64,000 bases of DNA from Candidatus Iainarchaeum sp. (GTDB taxonomy: Archaea; Iainarchaeota; Iainarchaeia; Iainarchaeales; UBA10219), in contig JAGVWE010000003.1 of assembly GCA_018304425.1 (NCBI GenBank), positions 64,001-128,000 on the forward strand, read 5' to 3'. The position numbers and the translations under genes were made by a program. Each line of letters begins with the position of its first letter. Positions within the stretch are counted from its first letter, which is position 1. This document shows positions 44,987-54,578 of this stretch, piece after piece. Below the pieces are notes generated by a model, which was not told the DNA's origin, made no database searches, and worked only from the letters and a program-made list of their open reading frames with translations.

Positions 44987-45169
44987 TTACTGGGTCAAGT
45001 CGTAGGGCTTAACCGTCTTCCTGCCGTTTGCCTGGCATCGCTCGCAGGCCCGCTTCACCTTGCTTGCTACCAGCATGCTCAAGGTGTCGTAGGCGTCCGA
45101 GGAAACCATCATGTTCTGGCCCCTGATTGTCTCAGCGACCTTGGACTTCACGATGTATGCTTCGACCAT
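44987..45169 (-). CDS. Histone-fold protein 1
   Basis: MVEAYIVKSKVAETIRGQNMMVSSDAYDTL...GRKTVKPYDL with the RKTxxxxD histone signature; GGAGGT RBS; TTTATAAA box upstream. Confidence 0.85.
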   Translation of the reverse strand: MVEAYIVKSKVAETIRGQNMMVSSDAYDTLSMLVASKVKRACERCQANGRKTVKPYDLTQ

Positions 45170-45332
45170 TGGATTACCTCCCTTCGGTTTACCCCATCAA
45201 TTGGGGCAATCCATCCAGTTAATGGCTACTCAATGCAATTAGTGGAAGGATTTATAAAAGCATAGCCAAAAACCCCCCCAAAACGGCCTCCAAATAGGGG
45301 TTTCACGGGCGAATTCGGGGGCTTCCCTGGGT

Positions 45333-45908
45333 TCACGTAAACACGAAGAATAAGCCGAATAACACGAACAGGCCACCTGAAACCAGCTTGAGTTGCTTGC
45401 GGGGCAGCCATTGCTGGAGTTTCCGGCCCAAGAAAATGCTCAACGCGCTGGCCAAGCCAAGGCCCAACGCGACCCCGGCCAGCACCTCAAAGGGGTGGCC
45501 CCACTGAAGGGCCAGCAAGCCCGCCGTTAGCTGGGATTTGTCTCCGAACTCGCTGAAGAAGATGGTGCCAAAGGCGGCCACGAAGGCGTTGCCGGCCTCA
45601 AAGGCCCGGGGTTCGCGCCCGGAACCGTCCTTGAAAGCCCGGTACAAGGAGTAAACGCCCAAACCCACGAACAAGAGGCCACCGCCTGCCTTGACGACCG
45701 ACAAGGGCACGAGCCGGGTGAGCGCGGCCCCAAAGTAGATGGCTACGCCGTCCACGATGATTTCCGCGAACCAGGCCCCCAAGAACACGTGCCAGGCCGA
45801 GCGATAACGAGTTGCAAGGGCCAACAAGAGGAGCTGGGTCTTGTCGCCGACCTCGGCAAGGAACAGGAGGGCAAACGCTGAAACGACGGCTTCCAGGCTA
45901 AAATTCAT
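45333..45908 (-). CDS. TMEM165/GDT1 (UPF0016) family cation transporter
   Basis: Two E-x-G-D-K-[T/S]-Q motifs (AEVGDKTQ, SEFGDKSQ). Confidence 0.92.
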   Translation of the reverse strand: MNFSLEAVVSAFALLFLAEVGDKTQLLLLALATRYRSAWHVFLGAWFAEIIVDGVAIYFGAALTRLVPLSVVKAGGGLLFVGLGVYSLYRAFKDGSGREPRAFEAGNAFVAAFGTIFFSEFGDKSQLTAGLLALQWGHPFEVLAGVALGLGLASALSIFLGRKLQQWLPRKQLKLVSGGLFVLFGLFFVFT

Positions 45909-46669
45909 GGCAACGCCTCACCAGCCCTCACTTCGGCCAGCACCCGCTCCTTCACGGCAGGAAAGTCAATGGAAAAAAGCTTTTCAAGCAATGCCTTCCG
46001 CTGGAAGCCCTTGCCTTCCAGGAATTCATCCAAGGACATGACCGGCTTTCCCCTGACCCGGGTCTCGCCTTCCTGCGAGACCGCCAGCGGTTTGATGATG
46101 CCCTCCCCAATCAACTCGTCCACGAACTGCACCAGCCGCTTTTCGAGTTCTTCCTTGACGCGCGCCCACGCATAGTCGTCCGCATAGTAACGGTGATAGG
46201 CTTGCGCGAGTTCCCGGTTGGAGACGCGCCGCTCGCGGTGCTCGGGAAACGAGGCCGGAAAGAAGTCGTCCGGGCACGAGGTGCCCGCGAACTTCACCAG
46301 GCCGGTGTCGGGCTCCACGAAGGCCGGGCGCACGGGAAACGCGCGACAGTAAACAGGTCGGTGCGCATAATTCGCGCACCGGTTGTCCTCGCGCAGGAAC
46401 AGGCACGGCTCGGAAGCCGAGCACCAGCTGACGCCAATCGCTTGGCCGCTCAACTCATCCCACACCACGCGGCCCCAGCGGATGTCCACCTGCTTCCCCT
46501 GCCGCTTGGCTTCGCGTTCGAAAATTTCTTTTTCGGCCAGGTTCAAGGGCAAGCCGTTGTCCAAGACAAAAAAATGGCCGTAGCTCTGGTTGTGGTAGAA
46601 TTCCTTGCAGCACTTGCCGCACTCGGTGCACTTGAATGGCACAATCGCTGGCCGGGCCTCGGATGCCAT
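45905..46669 (-). CDS. YkgJ family Cys-cluster protein
   Basis: FKCTECGKCC...CLFL...C..YAHRPVYCRAFP. Confidence 0.85.
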   Translation of the reverse strand: MASEARPAIVPFKCTECGKCCKEFYHNQSYGHFFVLDNGLPLNLAEKEIFEREAKRQGKQVDIRWGRVVWDELSGQAIGVSWCSASEPCLFLREDNRCANYAHRPVYCRAFPVRPAFVEPDTGLVKFAGTSCPDDFFPASFPEHRERRVSNRELAQAYHRYYADDYAWARVKEELEKRLVQFVDELIGEGIIKPLAVSQEGETRVRGKPVMSLDEFLEGKGFQRKALLEKLFSIDFPAVKERVLAEVRAGEALP

Positions 46670-46721
46670 GAAAGTAATGGCCGGGAAAAGCCTTATTAAC
46701 CCAGAATTCCTTTATGGGGGC

Positions 46722-47954
46722 ATGGAGCCTCTTTTGCTCATGGTTTCCCTGGTGGCGCTTGCATTCGCCGCGCAAGAGGCCTGCCGGTTCCTGCGGTTTC
46801 CCCGCGTCATCGGCTACATTGGAGTCGGCGTGCTCATCGGGCTGCAGCCCCTGCGCGCCCTCTGGTACAACGGGGAAAACACGCAAATCCTGGCCTTCCT
46901 GGCCCAGGTTGGCATCGTGCTGTTGTTCTTCTTCAGCGGTCTCGAAATCAGCTTGAAGCAGTTCAGGAAAAACTTTTCCCTGTCCTCCAAGGCCGCTTTC
47001 CTCAACACGCTCATTCCCCTGGCCCTCGGCTTCCTGGCGGCCAGGCAACTGGGCTTCAACGACATGGCTTCGGCCGTCATCGGCGTGAGCCTCTCGGTGT
47101 CCGCGGCCTCGCTGTCCGTGGAACTCCTCGAGGAAATGGACCTGCTCAAGAGCCGGCTCGCACAGGCCATCCTCTCCATCGCCGCGCTGAGCGACGTCCT
47201 ACAACTGGTGGCCATTTCCCTGCTGCTGGCCTGGCTCGGCGTGTCCGGCACCGGCCTCGCCCTCTACGCCGTGCCCCTCCAGTTCCTGGCCTTTGCCTTG
47301 GTCTTCCTGTTCTTCCGACAAATCATCGCGCCCAAAATCATCGCGCTGGCGGAAGCCCAGCAAAGCCACGCCACCCACTTCTCGGCCGCCCTGCTCATCA
47401 CCCTCCTGCTCGCGGTCATCGCCGAAGCGCTGGGCCTGGGCGTGCTGGTCGGCGCGATGTTCGGCGGCGCACTCGTACGCCACATCCTCCTAAGCAAGGC
47501 GGTCCACAAGCCCTGGGAAGAACACCAGCTCGCGGAAAGCGTGCACACGTTTTCCTTCGGCTTCTTCGTGCCCATGTTCTACGTGTGGGTGGGCTTCAAC
47601 ACGGGCTTGACCGAGCTCGCAGCCAACTGGTGGCTTGGCCTGCTGTTTGCGGTCATCGCATCCATCGGCAGCCTCACCGGCACCATCCTCGGCTCGCGGG
47701 GATCCGGCAAATCACTCAACGAGTCCCTGGTCATCGGCTGGGGCATCAACGGCAAGGGAGACGTTGAATTGGTGCTTGCGGCGCTCGCCCTCAAGGTTGG
47801 ATGGATTGACGCGGCCTTGTTTTCAACGCTGGTCTTGATGGCGGCCCTGACCATGTTCGCCTCCACCTTCATGTTCCAGCGCGCGGTCAAGCAGTGCACG
47901 CCCGAGCTGCTCAAGGAAGGCGAAATCAGCCAAGAACAGGCGGCCTCGTACTAA
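46722..47954 (+). CDS. Cation:proton antiporter (CPA2/Kef-like)
   Basis: Multiple TM segments; GIVLLFFFSGLE, LSD and FFVPMFY motifs. Confidence 0.85.
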   Translation: MEPLLLMVSLVALAFAAQEACRFLRFPRVIGYIGVGVLIGLQPLRALWYNGENTQILAFLAQVGIVLLFFFSGLEISLKQFRKNFSLSSKAAFLNTLIPLALGFLAARQLGFNDMASAVIGVSLSVSAASLSVELLEEMDLLKSRLAQAILSIAALSDVLQLVAISLLLAWLGVSGTGLALYAVPLQFLAFALVFLFFRQIIAPKIIALAEAQQSHATHFSAALLITLLLAVIAEALGLGVLVGAMFGGALVRHILLSKAVHKPWEEHQLAESVHTFSFGFFVPMFYVWVGFNTGLTELAANWWLGLLFAVIASIGSLTGTILGSRGSGKSLNESLVIGWGINGKGDVELVLAALALKVGWIDAALFSTLVLMAALTMFASTFMFQRAVKQCTPELLKEGEISQEQAASY

Positions 47955-47960
47955 GCTGGC

Positions 47961-48659
47961 CTAGTGCCCGTGCTCGTCCAGGTCGTGGACTTGCGCGTGC
48001 TTTTTCTTCTCGTCTTCGGGCTTGGGTTTGGGCACCGGCTTGAGTTTCGCATAAAAGCCTTTGAGGAGCCGGGTGGCCTCGGCTTTCTTGAGGAGCCCGC
48101 GTTGTACGCCCGCGTCCACGATTTCGTCAAGAGCGCAAAGCGGAGCAAAGGGGACCTCGAGCCACGCGAAGGACTTCTGGTTGACCTTGGGGTTGGCGTC
48201 CACGATGGCCAAAAGCAGGGGCACGCGGCACCACCGCTGCCGGAGGGCGCGCAAGGCGGAAACCCATTCCAGGGTGTTGTCGAGCACGCTTTCCACGCAC
48301 ACGACGAAGTGGTTGCGGAGGAAAAACCCTTCTACGTGGTGCCGTTGCTCGCCGGTCTCGCCCAGCATTTCCGTCAAGTAAATGAGGGGCTTTTCCTGGC
48401 GGTCGGCGAGCCACGCCGCCCACGGCAGCGAGTCAAAGCCCACCGCGGCAAAGGAGTCCACCTTTGCCTGCCGAAGGTCCACCAGCTCGGACTCCAAGTG
48501 CTCGAGGATGGCCTTCCGGGTCTCGGGAAAGGCCAGGGCCATGGCCGGGTGAACAGCCAAGGCGAGTTCTTCCCTGCGCACGCCCGCCACTTTCACGGAA
48601 CGCTTGAAGGAAACGACGCCCAAGTCGATGAGCTTGCCGACCAATTGGGAGCGGTCCAT
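47961..48659 (-). CDS. Degenerate orotate phosphoribosyltransferase-like protein
   Basis: PyrE-like layout (LPWAAWLADRQEKPLIY...VEG...VVCVESVL), but the PRPP-binding and catalytic-loop residues are altered. Confidence 0.55.
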   Translation of the reverse strand: MDRSQLVGKLIDLGVVSFKRSVKVAGVRREELALAVHPAMALAFPETRKAILEHLESELVDLRQAKVDSFAAVGFDSLPWAAWLADRQEKPLIYLTEMLGETGEQRHHVEGFFLRNHFVVCVESVLDNTLEWVSALRALRQRWCRVPLLLAIVDANPKVNQKSFAWLEVPFAPLCALDEIVDAGVQRGLLKKAEATRLLKGFYAKLKPVPKPKPEDEKKKHAQVHDLDEHGH

Positions 48660-48709
48660 GCAAGGAATGCATAGGAAAAAGGTTTTAAGCGGAAGCCCAA
48701 GAGAAAGCT

Positions 48710-48740
48710 TTTATATAACATCTATAGACTAATCTATAGT
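48710..48740 (+). promoter_or_regulatory. TATA box plus twin CTATAG palindromes (TA operator)
   Basis: TTTATATA followed by TCTATAG-ACTAA-TCTATAG immediately before the antitoxin start. Confidence 0.6.
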
Positions 48741-48747
48741 GATTTGA

Positions 48748-48987
48748 ATGGCTTATACTTCCATCCAGATTCAGCCCAAAACGCGCGAAAAACTTTCGGA
48801 ATTGAAGTTCGGCCCCCGCGAGACCTACGACGAACTTATCAACAAATTGCTGGCCTTGGTGCCTGCGGGCGATGACGAGGGAGAATACACCGACGAGTTT
48901 AGGGTCGGCCTTCTGAATGCACGCCTGGAATCCCTGCACGGAAAGGGCATCAGCCACGAGCAAGCCAAGAAAATAATGGGGCTGTAG
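48748..48987 (+). CDS. Putative antitoxin
   Basis: TSIQI...TREKL..LK...ETYDELINKL, then an acidic C-terminus ending ISHEQAKKIMGL; upstream of RelE. Confidence 0.75.
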   Translation: MAYTSIQIQPKTREKLSELKFGPRETYDELINKLLALVPAGDDEGEYTDEFRVGLLNARLESLHGKGISHEQAKKIMGL

Positions 48988-48988
48988 C

Positions 48989-49255
48989 GTGCCTTGGTCG
49001 GTCAAGTGGATGCCCCAAGCATTACGGGATATGGAAGCCCTTGAAAAGAACGAGCGCGAGCGGATTGTAAGGAAAGTCGAAGAAGCCGCGGCAACCGACC
49101 CGTTCCGTGCTTTCCAGCGCCTGCGGGGATGCGACGAGCACCGCATGCGCGTGGGGGGTAATCGGGCCATCGCCCTCATCGCCCACTCCTCCAAAACGAT
49201 TGAAATCCATAGAGTCGGCCACCGCAAGCACATCTACAAGCGACTCTTCAAGTAA
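48989..49255 (+). CDS. RelE/ParE family toxin
   Basis: W...ALRDMEAL...RIVRK...RMRVGGNR...VGHRKHIY. Confidence 0.85.
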   Translation: MPWSVKWMPQALRDMEALEKNERERIVRKVEEAAATDPFRAFQRLRGCDEHRMRVGGNRAIALIAHSSKTIEIHRVGHRKHIYKRLFK

Positions 49256-49263
49256 TGCCGGCG

Positions 49264-50370
49264 TTAGCTGGAAGTGGTCTCGCCGTGGCCACCCCGAAGC
49301 ATGGCTTTCGAAACCCAGGCCGCGTCGAAATCAATGAGATAGGCTTTGGGCTGGCGCTTGCCGTCGCGCCGCTCCCACTCGATGCAGGCATTGCCGAAAT
49401 GGGCGTGGTTGTGGTGGATGCCCAAATCCAGCAGTTTTCGATCGAGTTCCTCGACTTGCCGCACCAATTCCGCCCGGTGCTCGGGGTGCCGTTCGGCTTC
49501 CGCCGAGTTCAAGTAGGCGTCGACGGTGGTTCCCAAGACCTTGGCCATCACCCACACATAGCCATTCTTGTCCTTCCAGAACCATGGCTTCCCATTCGGA
49601 CTCTTGAGGATGGGTTCGACGGCCAGGCCCGCGTCAAAGGCCTTCTTCCAGGCCTCGAATGCCTCGGGGCGAACAATGCGAATGATGGCTTTTCCCGCGT
49701 GCCTGCCGCCCAACACAAGGAGGCGGGAGCCGGTTTTCTTGAACTTCCGGGCACGGATGCGAGGGCCCTGGAAAAACGAATAATCCCGTTCCCTGTAGGC
49801 CGGCGCATACAGGGGGTGGAGCCTGCGGCTGGCGGGCTTCAAGTGCGTCAAGGCTTTCGTGGCAGCGAGAGAGACCAGAGGCCTTTTCCTTTTGCCCCTG
49901 GCAGACCGCGCGAGCAAGCGGAAAACCGTCAGCCGGTTGCCGGAGGAGAGTGGCTTCGCCTGGTCTGCCCCCAGGCTTTTTTCCAGCCCCGTCAGCAGGG
50001 TTAACGCAAGTTCCGGCACCATGAAGGCGAGGCCCCGCTGACGGCTAAGCGCTTCCAGGACGGGGATAAACCGCGCGCCCTCCATCTCGGCGATGCCTTT
50101 GAGCTTGCCTTCGATTATCCAATAGCGTTCGTTCTTGGATTCGTCCATCAATTCCGGCAAGAGCTTTCGCGCATTCCAGGACAGGCCTTTAGTCAAGCGC
50201 TTGACGCTGGGCCGCGAGAGGAAGGCGGCCATCTGCGCGGTATAGTCGGTCTGATACTCCATCCTGAGGGGGTATCGGACCATTCGCGCGGCATGCTCTT
50301 TCCTGAACTTCTTGGCATAAACCGGTTGGGTCCGGGGTTTGATGGGGCGCGACCGCTTCCAGGACGGCAT
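49264..50370 (-). CDS. Basic protein with a C-terminal atypical kinase-like domain
   Basis: LGIHHNHAHFGN...YLIDFD resembles HxDLHxxN...IDF of RIO/Kdo/APH kinases. Confidence 0.55.
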   Translation of the reverse strand: MPSWKRSRPIKPRTQPVYAKKFRKEHAARMVRYPLRMEYQTDYTAQMAAFLSRPSVKRLTKGLSWNARKLLPELMDESKNERYWIIEGKLKGIAEMEGARFIPVLEALSRQRGLAFMVPELALTLLTGLEKSLGADQAKPLSSGNRLTVFRLLARSARGKRKRPLVSLAATKALTHLKPASRRLHPLYAPAYRERDYSFFQGPRIRARKFKKTGSRLLVLGGRHAGKAIIRIVRPEAFEAWKKAFDAGLAVEPILKSPNGKPWFWKDKNGYVWVMAKVLGTTVDAYLNSAEAERHPEHRAELVRQVEELDRKLLDLGIHHNHAHFGNACIEWERRDGKRQPKAYLIDFDAAWVSKAMLRGGHGETTSS

Positions 50371-50495
50371 ACCAATCCTTCGCAGGCCGCAAATATAAGG
50401 TTTTTGGGGAGGCTCCGGCGGCTTGTGGAGGGCCCCGGCGGTTTTAAATGGGTTTTGCTGGATTATCCCATTACTTTTCTTGGGGAGGTCATGGC

Positions 50496-51005
50496 ATGAG
50501 CGTCAAGGTTGGGGAAAGGGCCCCGGAGTTTCAGGCGGAGAGCACGGCTGGCAAGGTCGCGTTGAAGGACTTCAAGGGCAAGTGGGTGGTGTTGTTCTTT
50601 TACCCCCTGGACTTCACGTTTGTCTGCCCCACGGAAGTCGTTGAATTCAGCAAGCACTTGAAGTTGTTCAAGGACGCGAACACGGAAGTCCTGGGCTGCA
50701 GCATCGACTCGGTGCACGTCCACAAGGCGTGGACAAAGGAACTGGGTGGCCTCAACTACCCGCTCGTCTCGGACATCAACAAGGAGATGGGCCGCACGTA
50801 CGGGGTGCTCCTCGAAGACAAGGGCTATCACTTGCGCGGGTTGTTCATCATCGACCCCGATGGAATCATCCGCTACCAACTGGTGCACGACAACAGCGTG
50901 GGCCGAAGCGTGCAAGAAGTGTACCGGGTCCTGAAGGGCCTGCAGTCGGGTGGTTTATGCCCGGCCGAGTGGAAGCCGGGGCAAAAGACGCTCGAAGCGA
51001 AGTAA
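50496..51005 (+). CDS. ahpC: 2-Cys peroxiredoxin (AhpC/Prx1)
   Basis: FFYPLDFTFVCPTE, RGLFIIDPDG, GRS and LCPAEW motifs. Confidence 0.93.
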   Translation: MSVKVGERAPEFQAESTAGKVALKDFKGKWVVLFFYPLDFTFVCPTEVVEFSKHLKLFKDANTEVLGCSIDSVHVHKAWTKELGGLNYPLVSDINKEMGRTYGVLLEDKGYHLRGLFIIDPDGIIRYQLVHDNSVGRSVQEVYRVLKGLQSGGLCPAEWKPGQKTLEAK

Positions 51006-51023
51006 AGGAAAGGGGGGCAAACC

Positions 51024-51626
51024 ATGGCAGAACGAACCGTCAAACCCTTGAAGTACAAGTCGTTGAACGGCTTGACCGAGAAACAACTCGCCGAACACCA
51101 CGACGTGTTGTACGCGGGCTACGTCAAAAAAACCAACGAAATCCGGCAGAAACTCGCGAACGTGGACGTTGCCACGCCGAACGCGACCTACTCTGACCTG
51201 CGGGAGCTCAAGGTAGAGGAGACCTTTGCCTTGAACGGCGTCAAACTCCACGAGGGCTACTTCGACAACCTCGGAGGAGACGGTAAGGCGCACGGCGTCG
51301 TGGCCGACTGGATTGGGAAGGATTTCGGCTCCTACGCCAAATGGGAGTCGGAGTTCAAGGCCTGCGGCATCGCGGCCCGCGGCTGGGTCGTCCTGGCCTT
51401 CGACCTCGAGGAAGGCTGCTTGTACAACTTCGTGTGCGACGTCCACAACCAGGGCGGGGTCTGGGGAACGATTCCCCTGCTCATCCTCGACGTCTACGAG
51501 CACGCCTACTTCCTGGACTATGCGACCGGCCGAAAGAACTACATCGAGGCCTTCATGAAGCTCATCGACTGGAAGGTCGTCAACGAGCAGGTCAAGAAAT
51601 TCGGTCTCGACAAGTTCCGGAAGTGA
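51024..51626 (+). CDS. Fe/Mn superoxide dismutase
   Basis: EHH...LYAGYV, LHEGYF and DVYEHAY motifs. Confidence 0.9.
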   Translation: MAERTVKPLKYKSLNGLTEKQLAEHHDVLYAGYVKKTNEIRQKLANVDVATPNATYSDLRELKVEETFALNGVKLHEGYFDNLGGDGKAHGVVADWIGKDFGSYAKWESEFKACGIAARGWVVLAFDLEEGCLYNFVCDVHNQGGVWGTIPLLILDVYEHAYFLDYATGRKNYIEAFMKLIDWKVVNEQVKKFGLDKFRK

Positions 51627-51677
51627 CGCCACCCGCCTGGCGTCCTGTTTTTCTTTTTAACCCACAGTCTTTCCTGC

Positions 51678-53441
51678 ATGAACGTCCTGGGCATCGACGC
51701 CAGCCACAACACGGCCGCGCTGGTGAAGGACGGGCGGCTCGTGGCCTCCGCCGAAGAAGAACGCTTTGACCGGTGCAAGCACTCCAGAAACCCGCCAGTC
51801 CACGCCATCCGCTTCTGCCTGGAATACGCTGGACTAGCCGCGGCCGACGTCGACTACGTCGCGGTGGGCATGGACGAGGTCGACCATTACGCGGGGCTGG
51901 GGCTCATCCTCTCCAAGGTGCTGTTCGACGGCTATCCTCCCGGCCTCCTCCGCAAGCGGTTCAGCGTGCTACGCCACCACCTGTTCACCGACCCGGCCAG
52001 GCTCCGCACCCACTCGCCGTTGTCCAGCGCGTACTGGGGGAAAAAAGTCGACGCTGCCACGGACGGAACCGGGCTTTCCGCGGAAATACGGGTCATCCCC
52101 CACCACGTCGCGCACGGGGCCTGGGCCTCCCTGCCCACGGGCTGGAAAAATGCCTCCTGCCTGGTCGCGGACGGCGCCGGCGACTGGGAGTCCACCACGG
52201 CCTATGCCTATCACGACCAATCCATCGAATTCCTGCGCAAGGAAACCTACGCGAATTCGCTGGGCTTCCTCTACTTCAATGCCACCGATTACCTGGGCTT
52301 CGGCTTCCTCCAGGAGGGGAAGACCATGGGGCTGGCGGCCTACGGCGACCCCCAGGACGTTCCGGGCGCGGTCCTCGACCAGATCGTGCGCGTGCCCGGC
52401 GAGCTGAGCCCGTGGTACACCGTGGACTCCCGCATCCTGACCGACTACTACTATGGCCGGGGCTATTTGTCCCACTTCACCCGCCTCTTTGGGGCGCCCA
52501 AGCGGCCGCCCGGCCTCGAGGCAACGACGCCCCCTTATCCGGTCGCCGCCGCGGCCGTCCAGCGCTCGCTCGAAAAAGCGCTGCTGCACACTGTCAAAAA
52601 AGTCGTTGAAAGCACGGGCGAGAAGAAGCTGTGCCTGGGCGGCGGGGTCGCCATGAACTGCTCGGCCAACGGCAAAATCTGGGCCTCCGGGCTCGTCGAC
52701 GAATTGGCCGTGCAGGTGGCACCCATGGACAGCGGCACGGCGGCCGGCGCGGCGTTGAGGCTGGCCCAGCAGCTGGGGGAGAAACCGTTGGTCGAACCGG
52801 ACAGGTCCGACTGGGGCCCGGAGTTTTCGGATGCGGAAATCGAAAAGGCCCTAGAAGCCGCCGGCCTCCGCTTCGAACGCTGCCCAGGTAGCTCCATTGC
52901 CGGCAAGGCCGCGGACCTGGTGGCTAAGGGAAAAATCGTGGGCTGGTTCCAGGGCCGGATGGAGTTGGGCGCCCGCGCGCTCGGCCACCGCAGCATCCTC
53001 GCCAACCCCGGCATCAAAGGAATGAACGACCGAGTGAACCGCGTCAAGCACCGGGAGCTTTGGCGGCCCTTCGCCCCCTCCATCGCCGCCGAGCGCCTGG
53101 GCGAATACGTGCAAAAACCCTGCCCCTCGCCTTTCATGCTCATCGCCTTCCACGCCAACCCAAACGGGAAACGAGAGTTGCCCACCGTCATCCACGTCGA
53201 CGGCACCACCCGCGTCCAAACCGTGGACAAGCGACTCGAACCCCTCTACTACCGGCTGCTCCGGGAAGTCGAGGGCCACACCTCGCACCCCGCCGTGCTC
53301 AACACCAGCTTCAATGATGCAGGCGAACCCATTGTCTGCTCGCCCCGGGACGCCATCCGGTCTTACTTCGGCATGGGTTTGGACGCGCTCGCCATCGGGA
53401 ATTATTTGGCGTTGAACCCTGAGCCAGGGGCCAAGCGCTGA
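51678..53441 (+). CDS. Carbamoyltransferase (NodU/CmcH/TobZ family)
   Basis: EEERF, HHVAH, DGAGD, EGKTMGLAAYG, GGVAMN, ELGARALGHRS, RPFAP and NTSFN motifs. Confidence 0.93.
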   Translation: MNVLGIDASHNTAALVKDGRLVASAEEERFDRCKHSRNPPVHAIRFCLEYAGLAAADVDYVAVGMDEVDHYAGLGLILSKVLFDGYPPGLLRKRFSVLRHHLFTDPARLRTHSPLSSAYWGKKVDAATDGTGLSAEIRVIPHHVAHGAWASLPTGWKNASCLVADGAGDWESTTAYAYHDQSIEFLRKETYANSLGFLYFNATDYLGFGFLQEGKTMGLAAYGDPQDVPGAVLDQIVRVPGELSPWYTVDSRILTDYYYGRGYLSHFTRLFGAPKRPPGLEATTPPYPVAAAAVQRSLEKALLHTVKKVVESTGEKKLCLGGGVAMNCSANGKIWASGLVDELAVQVAPMDSGTAAGAALRLAQQLGEKPLVEPDRSDWGPEFSDAEIEKALEAAGLRFERCPGSSIAGKAADLVAKGKIVGWFQGRMELGARALGHRSILANPGIKGMNDRVNRVKHRELWRPFAPSIAAERLGEYVQKPCPSPFMLIAFHANPNGKRELPTVIHVDGTTRVQTVDKRLEPLYYRLLREVEGHTSHPAVLNTSFNDAGEPIVCSPRDAIRSYFGMGLDALAIGNYLALNPEPGAKR

Positions 53442-53502
53442 CCCCAGCCGAAACTATATAAAATAATCGCTATCCAAGTTGTGTCTCTTCTCGGGGAAGC
53501 CC

Positions 53503-54249
53503 ATGACTACTGCGCCAGCCCAGCGGAAAACTTTGCACTCGGTTGTCTCCGGGGTCACCCAGCAGACCCATGACACGAAGTCCTTCCAAGTAAGGCTGCC
53601 AGAGGCCTTTGACTTCCAGCCTGGACAGTTCCTCATGCTTTCCCTGGAGGACCCCGGGAACCCCGACCTCAAAGGCAAGCAACGCGCGTACTCGATTGCC
53701 TCCTCTCCCACCACCCAGGAGTACGTGGAGGTCGTCATCAAGGAGACCCCCAACGGGTTCTTCTCCAAGTATATGGTGCGTGACTGCCGGGAAGGCGAGA
53801 AAGTCAAGTTCACGGGCCCCTGGGGGCACTTCGTCTACAACGAGTCCATGCCCGGGCATTTGGTGCTCATCGGCGCGGGCTCGGGCATCGCGCCCTTGCT
53901 GGCCATGATGCGGTATCTCACCGACAAGAGGCTTTCCAACAAGGCCACGCTGTTCTTCAGCAACAAGACCCGGGAAGACGTCATCTACGAGAAGAAGCTG
54001 GCGGAACTCCCGAGGCAGAACCCGAACCTCCGCGTCGTCAACACTCTCACCCGCGAAGAAGAAGGCGACGACTGGAAGGGCGAGCGCGGCCGGGTCTCCG
54101 CGGAGATGATCAAGAAGCACATCCCGGACGTCCATGGCGCCCTCTACTACCTATGCGGCCCGCCCCTGATGGTGGACGGGGTCGTCAAAATGCTCAAGGA
54201 AGAGCTGGGCGTCGACCCCGCGAAAATCAAGACCGAGAAATACGACTAG
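53503..54249 (+). CDS. FAD/NAD(P)-binding oxidoreductase (FNR family)
   Basis: FQPGQF, RAYSIAS, GAGSGIAP and YLCGPP motifs. Confidence 0.9.
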   Translation: MTTAPAQRKTLHSVVSGVTQQTHDTKSFQVRLPEAFDFQPGQFLMLSLEDPGNPDLKGKQRAYSIASSPTTQEYVEVVIKETPNGFFSKYMVRDCREGEKVKFTGPWGHFVYNESMPGHLVLIGAGSGIAPLLAMMRYLTDKRLSNKATLFFSNKTREDVIYEKKLAELPRQNPNLRVVNTLTREEEGDDWKGERGRVSAEMIKKHIPDVHGALYYLCGPPLMVDGVVKMLKEELGVDPAKIKTEKYD

Positions 54250-54258
54250 GGGACTGAA

Positions 54259-54567
54259 TCAGGCCGTGCGCAACTCGATTTTTCCGTCGGCGCCTATTTT
54301 GAGCCGAAGCGTTTCCCCTTTCCGGAGTCCAAGCGCCCGCTGGGCTTCTTTTGGGATGCGGAGGATGAGGTTTGACCGCATCTGCCCGAGCTTCACCGGG
54401 AATTCGATGTGCTGGAGTTTGTTGAACAAGAGCAGGCGCTCGGCTTCCGCGCCATCAAAGTACTCTTCGCCGCACGCACACTTCCATCCCTTGATGTCAT
54501 GGCCTTGAAAGCGGAGGCTGGCTTCGGCCGCGATTTTTCCGCACTTTGCACAGATCATTCCCTTCAT
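54259..54567 (-). CDS. Zn-ribbon + AbrB-like protein (putative antitoxin)
   Basis: CAKC...WKCACGEEY, then KLGQMRSNLILRIPKE...LGLRKGE. Confidence 0.72.
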   Translation of the reverse strand: MKGMICAKCGKIAAEASLRFQGHDIKGWKCACGEEYFDGAEAERLLLFNKLQHIEFPVKLGQMRSNLILRIPKEAQRALGLRKGETLRLKIGADGKIELRTA

Positions 54568-54578
54568 AAGTTCACGCC

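Noticed and set aside
48748-49255. RelE-type TA module as a novel system
   Set aside because: It is an ordinary type II TA arrangement with a typical palindromic operator.
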